Shown: positions 50,162 to 60,217 of the stretch, one piece after another
How the letters are laid out: every line of letters begins with the position of its first letter
Position numbering within the stretch: position 1 is the stretch's first letter
From: Eledone cirrhosa
Lineage: Eukaryota
Assembly: GCA_964016885.1 (NCBI GenBank)
Contig: OZ024747.1
Location: 30,628,001-30,692,000, forward strand
Reading direction: 5' to 3'
DNA length: 64,000 bases
Notes under the pieces: model-generated
What the model was told of the DNA's origin: nothing
Database searches by the model: none
Seen by the model: only the letters and a program-made list of their open reading frames with translations
Program-made: the position numbers and the translations under genes

Positions 50162-51248
50162 TCAATCCTGGTAGTATTTATAATATGAAAATGTAGATTT
50201 TAAGCGATGGTTACAGTATAACGATCGCTCTATTCTGTTATTTAATAAAATGTTTTTGGATTTCATAATACAAAATAATTCTACATTACATAATCTACAA
50301 AATTCCTGTCCATTGGAATATGGGGGGGCAGTCGCTATTATATCCCATTTTAGGTGAAATTGTTGGTTATTTTCACGCAGCTGCCAAGCCTTGTCTGCGA
50401 GTGTTGTTACATAACGCTGGTTTTCATGTTTTATCGAATAACGATGTCTATAAAGGCGTGATTTAAAGGAGGTGGCTGTAGATCCCACATAGTACCACTT
50501 CTGTCTATCCGATTCGATAGTACATTTGTATACGATGTTGCGTTCAAGACACTGGTTGTTCAACGGACACATTCCTGGTTGGACACAGTTGCAATTACAA
50601 TTTTGCGTTGTTGTATTGCCATGGATGGGTTGATGAGGTTGCTTATGTAGAACAGGATGTTGTTTGTTGTTTTGTGATGTTATAGCTAATGTTTTACGTG
50701 TATTGTTATGTGTTGGAAGGCGTTTATATAACCGTTTTGCGTTAAGCATTTTTATATGTTGTTCAATATTAGGGGCGGTTGAATATGAAAGTCGGATGGT
50801 GTTAGGGTTTAAGATTTTATTATATTTATGTGATGTTGGAAAGTGTTTTCTAACTAATCGAAAGAATTTTGAGGGTAGATTGGTTTTAATAGATTTGTTA
50901 TAGACCGGGTTGTACCAGATATACTCCTTACATCGCCTTCTGTTTGGTGGTGTGCGACTATTATTGTGTCTATTGCGGTAGTGTATGTATGGTGGTGATT
51001 CTGTGCTATTTCTACTCCTATGTGATTTATTTTGGGTGTTTTGGTGATCATTGACTATATACTCTATATTATCTAGGTGACCGGCTTTCCTAAGTGCATC
51101 ATCATAATACTCGGCATGTTCTTTGAAGGTTTGTTGGTTGGACGATAGGCGGGAGATTCTAAGAGAAACATTTCTAGGGATGGATTTAATTATAGAGAGT
51201 GGATGGTTAGAACTCGTATTTACATATTTAAGGTTCTCATTTAGTTTA
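50162..51248 (-). pseudogene. Naiad-type RT thumb + GIY-YIG (ORF 50162-50749 is the open 3' part)
   Basis: YVNTSSNHP...RISRLSS, WYNP...LSYST, and CNC...CPLNNQC...IVYKC...YVGST...RLYRH...CRLCNVE...LNNRIE...CNH. Confidence 0.85.
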
Positions 51249-51459
51249 TGACAAAAGCACTTTCATTTTATATTCATCCTTTCTACATTTCTCCGGAATA
51301 TAATTTATACTCGTTGAGCAAACCTGCACGTACGCTGTTCATCTCTAACGTAACGATATATTATCACTACATTATTGATAACCTGAAATTTTATATATAT
51401 ATATATATATATGTATGTATATATGTATATATATGAATGTACATATATATATATATATG

Positions 51460-51753
51460 TCCCACTCTCTTAACCAAGATGATATTTACCAAAAAGAAGA
51501 ACAAATCAACATCACTATAAAAGCTTCATGGCACAGGCATTGCTTTATACCTGGAGATCTCTCTGCACTTGTCGTCACATGGTACCTTGGGCCCAGCACT
51601 ATGTGTCAATAATTGTCACAAGTGTAGTGTTTGTACCAGAGTTTTCAAATCGCTGGCTGGACTAAAAAGTCACACTCGTTCAGCGCATCGGTAGGGGTTC
51701 TTTTACATGGATATAAAGAAGTGGCCGTACTCGAAAATGAGTTGGCAGCCACC
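51460..51753 (+). mobile_element. Second copy of the RTE derivative, with 5' inversion
   Basis: 51460-51513 is the reverse complement of 47017-47072. 51514-51753 matches 47099-47338. Confidence 0.8.
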
Positions 51754-51774
51754 ATATATATATATGTATGTATA

Positions 51775-51807
<33 letters not shown>

Positions 51808-51808
<1 letters not shown>

Positions 51809-52331
51809 GAAGACCCGCCTTACCTAAATACAAAGTAGAACCTACTACAGTCAGTAGGCATCTCTAACAAAATACACCCCCGTCCCACCACCCCCACCCC
51901 ATCCACACTGCCCCTTTCAATGTTAAGTTATGTTGGTGCCACAACATCCAGGCCGAAACAAATGAGATCGTGTAGGTGTCACGTCAAAAAACACACAGTT
52001 CACACTGTAATGTGGCCGTGTAGGCAACACGGTAAAAACCTCCCAGCCCCACACTGTAAATGTGGTTGGTGTTAGGAAGGGCATCCAGCTGTAGAAAACC
52101 CGCCAAACACTCCACGCTGTAATGTGGCCGTGTAGGCAACACGGTAAAAACCTCCCAGCCCCACACTGTAAATGTGGTTGGTGTTAGGAAGGGCATCCAG
52201 CTGTACAAAACCCGCCAGATAGTCCTATGCGAGCAAGATAATCACTCTTGCCTCAAGTGGGAAAACCCCCGTCCAAACCCATGCAAGCGTGGAACACGGA
52301 CGTTAAACGTTGATGATGATGATGATGATGA
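51808..52331 (+). mobile_element. RTE 3' UTR copy (family 1)
   Basis: Near-identical to 35916-36443. Confidence 0.9.
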
Positions 52332-52349
52332 TATATATATATACATATA

Positions 52350-53175
52350 TATATATAAATTAATAAAAACAAAGAACAGGTTCCTTATATTAAAAAAATT
52401 CATCATTTTACGATCGTTTCTAGGATATATATGTGTGTTGGTATGTATATCATATAGATCTATGTAAAAATATTACAAACTATCAGACGAAATATACATA
52501 CCTTCACATATATATGCTGTCTTCAGAAATAATGAGATTTGTTTATTGATTTGGGGATGAAAAGAGGTCAAGCCGGTGAAAGGTATACGGAAATTTGATG
52601 TTATTAAAGAATAATGTTAATGTTAATGTTAAAAACGAAGGAGAGTAACATTTTAGGGTAAAGGTATTAGTGAGAAATACCAATCTTATTTAAAACACAA
52701 GGAATTTAGATCTATAACAAGAAATTAAATTAATTGATAGGTATACTTATAGGGATAAATTTATATTAATTCATATGGATGTGATAAATAAGAATTAGAT
52801 GTTATTACAGGATGTTGTTAAAACGAAGGAAAATAAAATTTTGGGATAAGTGTAGTTGTGAGAAATACCAATCTTATATAGACTACAAGGAATCTAGATT
52901 CATAACAGGAAATTAAAAGTATACAACCAAAGCATTAATACATTTTTTTAGTCCACTCCCTTCCAAATAAAATTGCCTCGGAACTGTTACCTTTTAATCA
53001 ACTTTTGCTGTCTGAAGAGATCACAATGTTTATCTTCATCGAAATATATATAACGGCTCAAATAATAAAGGACTCTCACACCTTCAACTTCGCATATTCA
53101 TCTTTATTAATATATTCCCTGTCATTGGGAATATGGCGTTGAGTGCTAGAAGTGAATTGCATCCTTGTATACCGA
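52350..53175 (+). mobile_element. ORF-less PLE-like pLTR remnant in (AT)n
   Basis: Hammerhead at 53007-53057, a partial opposite-strand CUGAAGA at about 52520, and an internal direct repeat (about 52600-52730 and 52800-52920). Confidence 0.5.
53007..53057 (+). ncRNA. Minimal hammerhead ribozyme (AUA site)
   Basis: GCUGU-CUGAAGA-GAU-loop-AUC-GAAA-UAUAUA-UA-ACGGC. Confidence 0.8.
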
Positions 53176-53206
53176 ATATATATATATATATATACATATA
53201 TATATG

Positions 53207-53240
<34 letters not shown>

Positions 53241-53241
53241 T

Positions 53242-53652
53242 ATCATCATCATCATCGTTTAACGTCCATCTTCCACGCTAGCATGGGTTAGACGGGAGTT
53301 GTCCCACTTGAGGCAAGGTTGGTCGGGTGACCGTATCTCACTCATATAGTACTATCTGGCCGGTTTTCTACAGCTGGATGCCCTTCCTAACACCAACCAC
53401 ATTTACAGTGTGGAACTCGGAACTTTTTACCGTGTTACCTACACGGCCACATTACAGCGTGGACTGTGTTTTTTTTTGTCGTGACACCTACACGATCTCG
53501 ATCTCATTTATTTGGACTGGATGCTGTGGTACCAACTTTACAGAGGGAGGGTGGTGTTGGTGGGATTGGGAGGATAGGGTAGGGGTAGTGCATTGGGGTG
53601 TATATTTGTTTAAGAGGTGCCTACTGACTGTAGGTTTCGCTTTGTACATAGG
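53242..53652 (-). mobile_element. RTE 3' UTR copy (family 1-related)
   Basis: Matches the reverse complement of 29388-29797. Confidence 0.85.
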
Positions 53653-53925
53653 CAATATATACATATATTATATATATATATATATATGTGGCTGCAACTC
53701 GATTTGGAGTAATGCCATTGCTTGATACTTAAGCATAAGCATTACGGATGCAGCTTTTTAGTCCTCCTAGGAACTTGCCTATGGTCTTAATTACCATGCA
53801 TTCCAAAAAGTCTCACATATCAAGTGAAGCCTATGCTAGAAGCTGTTTTAAGTGAGGAAAAGCTTTGCATGGGACCAATCCCACTCTCTGAACATCAAAT
53901 GCATTTGCCCAAATATATGTACATA

Positions 53926-53980
<55 letters not shown>

Positions 53981-54029
53981 TCATCATCATCATCATCATC
54001 ATCATTTTATATATATATATATAGGTGTG

Positions 54030-55597
54030 AGATGCCCTCTTCCTTGTGAGGCAGTTACAGGAAAAGTACCTAGCTAAAAGTAAGCCACTCTACCTGGCAT
54101 TTGTCGACCTTGAGAAAGCCTTTGACAGAGTTCCACGTGCTGTAATCTGGTGGGCTCTTAGAAAACTAGGAGTAGATTAATGGCTTGTGAAAGTGGTACA
54201 AGCCATGAATAGGGGAGCAGTCAGCAAAGTTAGGATTAGCAATGAGTATAGCGAGGAATTTAGCGTACAGGTTGGGGTCCACCAGGGCTCTGTTATTAGC
54301 CCCCTCCTGTTCATCATAGTCCTGCAGGCAATAACGGGGGAGTTTAAGACCGGATGCCAATGGGAACTCCTGTATGCTGATGACCTCGCACTTATAGCTG
54401 AATCTATGGTAGAACTAGAGAAGGAATTCCAAACTTGGAAGCAGGGACTAGAAAGAAAGGGTCTCAAAGTCAACATGACAAAGACTAAGAGAAAACAACC
54501 CAGCTCAGTATGTAGGAAAGGTGTAGGTAGGAACTCCATTCTCTGCCCCAAATGCAAACAATGGGTACACAAGAGATGTAGCGGGATCTCAGGAAGCTTA
54601 ATTAAGAATGTAGGCTTCACATGCAGCAGCTGTGCTGGGACAGCAAGCAGCAAACAGCCACAGGAAACAAGTACCACCAATTTCTGGGAGGGCTCTGTAG
54701 AAACTGTAGACAGCTTCTGCTACCTAGGTGACCGAATTAGCAGCGGAGGTGGGTGTTCAGAAAGTACAATAACTAGGGTAAGAACGGGATGGAAGAAGTT
54801 TAGGGAACTACTACCACTGCTAGCTGCAAAAGGCTTCTCCCTCAAAATGAAAGGCAGACTGTATGATGCGTGTATCCGAACAGTGATGTTGCATGGTAGT
54901 GAGACCTGGGCGCTGGGGGTGGAAGACTTACGTAGATTAGAGAGAAATGAAGCCTGCATGCTCCGATGGATGTGTAACAGTAATATACGCAAACGACAAA
55001 TCATAAATGAATTGAGAGAGAGACTGAGCATAAGAGGAATCAAATGCTGTGTGCAGGAGAGGCGGTGGCGCTGGTATGGACATGTGATGCGTATGAAGGA
55101 TGACAGCTGCATAAAAAGGTGCAGAGCAGTAGAAGTCGATGGAAACCGCGGAGTGCGGAGACCCAAGATGACCTGGGATGAGGTGATAAAAGCCGACCTT
55201 ACCCAATTACACCTCTCAAAGGCGATGACACACGACCGTGACCTCTGGCGTCACGCAGTAATACAGAGTACCCGACCTCCCATGGGTACAAGCTGAAGCA
55301 TATAGACAATATGCCCCCACACCCCCCACCGCAAGGTGGTCGTGGAGGTGCCACGGCAAATAAGCACCCAGCCCACACTGTAAAGTGGACGTGTAGGCGT
55401 CACGAAAAAGCACCCAACACTCACTGTAAATGAGGTTGGTGTTAGGAAGGGCATTCAGCTGTAGAAATCAAGCCAAATCAGTTCCTGCATGAGCAAGGCA
55501 TGGTCAGCCGACCAGACACTGCCCACAACAGGACAATCCGTCTAACCTATGCTAGCGTGGAAGAACGGATGTAAAACGGTGATGTTGATGATGATGT
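54030..55597 (+). mobile_element. 5'-truncated RTE LINE (family 2); open frame 54187-55296
   Basis: FVDLEKAFDRVP, GVHQGSVISPLLF, LLYADDL, a PHD-like Cys-rich insert (CPKCKQWVHKRC), FCYLGD and WYGHVMR; (GAT)n tail. Confidence 0.93.
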
Positions 55598-55637
55598 TAT
55601 ATAGATATACATACATCATATATATATATATATAAAT

Positions 55638-55708
<71 letters not shown>

Positions 55709-55716
<8 letters not shown>

Positions 55717-55976
55717 ATACTTTGGGAGGGTCATGTTGCCAATAAGAAACACACGCACCAGTTGCTTTCACTTCAATTTATTATATTAAATTTATAAACT
55801 TAGGAATTTATAAATTTCCGGTTGGTTGGTTGGTTCCACAACCATCTGGAACCAACCAACCAACCGGAAATTTATAAATTCCTAAATTTATAAATTTATT
55901 ATAATAAATTGAAGTGAAAGCAACTGGTGCGTGTGTTTCTTATTGGCAACATGACCCTCCCAAAGTATAACAATAT
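55709..55976. repeat. Near-perfect long palindrome (about 130-bp arms, 8-nt loop)
   Basis: ATTGTTATACTTTGGGAGGG...TGGTTCCA-caaccatc-TGGAACCA...CCCTCCCAAAGTATAACAAT. Confidence 0.95.
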
Positions 55977-56374
55977 CGGTTTCAACACACGTTTTCAGAT
56001 AAAGAATCTTGCTAAACAAATTCAGAAACGAAATATATATATATATAAACATGTATACACATATATATACATATATCATATATATATATACATCATATAT
56101 ATATATACTCTTAAGTAAACATACACACACACACAAACACACACCACTCAAAGCATTCACAAATGTAAAATATAACAAAGTAGTATGCATCAAGTCTAAT
56201 AGTAAAATAATATTTTAAGTTACATTTCAATTCTTGCATATATATATATATTATTATTATTATTATTATTATTACTTTCAAAGTAAAGGGTTTCAAGAAT
56301 GATACAAAATCAAACATATGTCTTGTCTCTAAAAACAGCTCAAGATAGAATTCAGAGAATAAAATCGACCTTTA

Positions 56375-56502
56375 ATCATTATAAGAAAGTGATTGAAATA
56401 TATTCATACACAGATAAGTGTGCACTAAGACATATTAAAATTTAGAACTAGAGACACACTTATGTGTGTATGAATATATTTCAACCACTTTCTTATAATG
56501 AT
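56375..56502. repeat. Inverted repeat, 48-bp arms
   Basis: 56375-56422 pairs with 56455-56502. Confidence 0.85.
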
Positions 56503-57614
56503 ATATATATGTATATATATATATATATATTAATTTTATTTTCTTCATTTACCATTACCATCACTGCCCCTGCACCAAACCCAATTCATATGATACAAAA
56601 ATGATGGTATTTTTTCCAGTTAATTTCATTCAACATATAACCAACTTATTGCAACAAGTTTTAGAATATACCTATAACTTAAAACATTGCCATCTATTCC
56701 ACTCCATTATCTACTTCTACCTTTCTAACTTTGAACATTTTCTTTTTTTTTTTTTCATTCCATTTCAACACTATCAGTCAAATTAATAATGCTGGTCTTT
56801 CCTTTTACTCAAATCTTAGCCATAATTGATTCTGCTTTATTTTTTGTTGTTGTTTTTATTTATTTGTCTATATACATTTTTTTTGCAACTTTTCAGACAT
56901 TAAAAAACTTCCTCACCAGATTCTGCAATCTTTTCATAATGACACTTTTTCTCAGTCTTTAAACTCGAAAAGAGTAAATTACTCTTGAACTATTCTTTGT
57001 TTTCGTTTTAACTGATTATTTTTGTCTTTCTATAAACCAAAGACAATTCTAAATCTGTCACCTTTTCTCACATCTTATACTTAATTATCAAGTAATAGTT
57101 TTATTTCACTTGCTTCTCTGATCTTACTGCAGCAATACTCAAACTGAACTGAACACTGTTGCATTACTTATAAATCAAAGACAAAATAGTTTACATTTAG
57201 TTAACAGTAAATTCTTTTGAAAGCTCACACAATTCCTAGTGCAGGGAATATGATGATTAAATAGTGGCATGGATCTCCATCGGTTCTGATGATGAGTGTT
57301 CTAGTTGTTTGAATGATGGTTTTTATTACTGTTTAGTCAAGGCCCATTCCAAGACTAGAATGAGGGAGGAAGCTATCTTCAATATAAGGTTTGGTCTAAG
57401 TGATTGCAACAAAGTGAACTGTGTTGAATGTTAAACTGGGTAACAGATTTAAAGTAGGTCACTACAAGATTTGAACTCAGAACTAAAAAATCTACCAATC
57501 TACAGCCCTGAACTGGTAATATATTTATTAAATCTCAAATGGGTGAAAGGTAAAGTTGATGTTGGTGGGATTTGAACTTAGAATACCAACCCTTTTATAC
57601 CAACCTAAAACGAC

Positions 57615-57818
57615 TGACAGTACATGACTTGCCCCAGAACAGGTCACCAATCCATCACAGGGTTAAACCCCCAGCTATTGCTGGAACTCATTTTCAGCTG
57701 AGTATACTGTAGCAATGTGAAATGAAATGTTTTGCTCAAGAATACAACACACAACCCAGCCCAGGAATCAAATCCACAACATTATGATTGTAAGTCCAAA
57801 ACCCTTACCACTAGACCA
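57615..57818 (-). mobile_element. tRNA-derived SINE family C
   Basis: Matches 41320-41520. Confidence 0.72.
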
Positions 57819-58548
57819 ATGAAATAAGTACCAGTCAGCTATACCTTTCTACCAAAATCTTTGGTCTTATGCCTAATTTAGAGGTCATTATGCCATTTTT
57901 TAGGCTTCTTTTATTTGTTCTCTTTCAAACCACTACCATTGATATGATCTATATACCTTATGATAAATTTAGAAATATCTATTTATAGAAAGGTTAAGAG
58001 TTAATCAAACAGAAAACATTATCAAAGCTTAAGATAAGAAGCCTCTGTAATTCTTATTCATGATTTATAATTAAAAATAATATTATTAAAAGTGTCATTA
58101 AAGCTATTCCATAATCCAGTGTGGATTTTAACAGTTTTCATTAAAGCAACTGTTTTGATCTAATCTAAATGAGTTCTGTATCTATAGGTATTAGTTTTCA
58201 CCATTTGTATATTTGTCTATATTTCAATATATTTTTCATAAGTTAGTCATTCTGTTCAGCTCCCTCCTTGCTCATTAAAGATTTCCTTAAATTTTATGGA
58301 TAATTTTCTGTTAATCATTTATTCAATTTGTCAATTTTAACTTCTCGTTAATCCTTCCATGACAATATTTCTAATGAGAAACAATGCTTATATGTTTCAA
58401 GTTTAGAAAATAATTCATAATTTGGAAAGATTTATTTTAAAATAACTAATTGTTTCATTATTAAGCTGATGCTAGAAACAGAATTATAATGGGTGATGTT
58501 AATATATATATACAAGTGTGTGTGTGTGTGTGTGTAGGTATAGAAATA

Positions 58549-58858
58549 CAGGGGTTGCCAACCTTTTTTGTATCATCGCACACTTTCACATGGAAAAATG
58601 TTTCATCGCCCACCTCTATAGTAAATATTCAGAAGCATATAAAAAAATGTTTGGCAAAAGTTTGTTATTGGTTCATTATTCCCATTTAGCCTCCTGTTTT
58701 TTATACAAGTTTTTTTTGCCTATCTCGTTTAGATACTTTTTTCAGGTAGCATATTCAAAATCCTATATCGGCCATCAAAATTTCCAATCATCCACCATTT
58801 TCTGTTCCGTTGATCATCGCCCACCGGAGGGTGATATAGCCCAGGTTGGAAAACCTTG
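58549..58858. mobile_element. hAT (Charlie-like) MITE
   Basis: Imperfect TIRs CAGGGGTTGCCAACCT and AGGTTGGAAAACCTTG. No clean 8-bp TSD. Confidence 0.6.
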
Positions 58859-59450
58859 CTCTAAATGAACAAGATACAGTCTTAGGAGAATTAGTACTGA
58901 AAGAACACTATGATTGCTTATGTTCTTTTTCCTGCATTAAAATATATATTTCTAATTTAATTAAAATCTTTTTTCAAAATTTTGTTATTTGCATGAATAC
59001 TAATATAAGATTTCAGTAAGTAAAACTTCTCTGATAGCTTCTTAAAAATATGTATCATCACAACATGATTGATCTACACTACATGTTGTCAATATGTCTG
59101 CCTATTCAAGAATTTATCTATTTAAATTTTCCATTAAGCTTCTTTCATTTTCTACTAGAAAATGCTTAAAATATTTTTACTCATATATTTTCAACTCTTC
59201 ATTTTATCAGTATTCATGAACAAAAAATATTATTTTAGCCAACTTAAAATTAACATTAGTAGCAAAATAACCATGTATTTTGATTGGTACATTTTGCTTT
59301 AAAAATAGGAATATAATTATTACTTTTTCTTAAAGTTTTTCTTTTAGGTAAGCCTTATCTATAGAATGGTACCGTTTTTTGTACAATTTCTTTCATATAT
59401 TTTTGTAATAAATATACTTTTAAGTATGCATTATACGAGCATTGACTGAA

Positions 59451-59501
59451 GTACCAGTAATGAACTGGGTATTTGCTGGCCTTGTGCCTAAAGTAGAAAC
59501 A
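59451..59501 (+). mobile_element. 51-bp 3' end of SINE family A
   Basis: 21-bp TSD ATTATACGAGCATTGACTGAA at 59430-59450 and 59502-59522. Confidence 0.85.
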
Positions 59502-59907
59502 ATTATACGAGCATTGACTGAAAAGTTTATAGGCTGACAATAAAGGAGAGATGCTCGAGCTGTGAAATCGTGTATGCATTAATTTCAGCTCTTCTATTTA
59601 ATAACTGCATTGTTTCTTTCCAGGGTCTATGCTGAATGATAAACCTCATTTGGTCATCCCTTGAAAGTATCTTTTTCAGCCTCAGCTGACCCCTGAGACC
59701 ATATCTATGTTTATGTTTCATTTATCTAAAAGTCCGCATTCAAAGGTTGTGTCCCTTTATGCCTGCCATAACTTAGTGGTTCAACTAACACCAGATACTG
59801 ATAAAATAATCACCAGACTGCAAATTCTTGATTATTTTCGAAATTACTTTGAAAACTTGCGAAATTAATTGAAAAATATAAGATTTTGTCAACATCATCA
59901 TAGTTAC

Positions 59908-60183
59908 TGTTGTATTCCTCTCGGTACTCGCAGAGAAAACACAACGAGTTATATCAAATAATTTGTGTAATTTGCGAAACAACCAAAACGCCCCTCCTCG
60001 CAGTAACAGAATAACATAAAGTAAGTCAGTAGCAGTCTGTGACCGAGTTTTTAATACCAACGCTGACTGACTGCCCAGGTCACGTGATTCATATGCAAAT
60101 GTGTGAGCACGTGTAAATTGAATAGAAATTTAACAGTCCATACAACAATGAAGTTGTGAGTTCGATTCCCAGTCCATACAACA
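59908..60183 (-). repeat. 3' LTR (276 bp)
   Basis: TGTTGTAT...ATACAACA terminal inverted repeats, directly after the PPT. Confidence 0.88.
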
Positions 60184-60193
60184 CCTCCCCACC
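60184..60193 (-). promoter_or_regulatory. Polypurine tract
   Basis: GGTGGGGAGG abuts the TG of the LTR. Confidence 0.85.
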
Positions 60194-60217
60194 GAAATTG
60201 ATGCGACAAAAGAAGCA

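Larger units (their letters stand above)
49517..51390 (-). mobile_element. Second Naiad-like PLE with inverted terminal segment
   Basis: 49517-49552 is inverted at 51249-51286. The minus-strand coding remnant lies between them. Confidence 0.82.
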
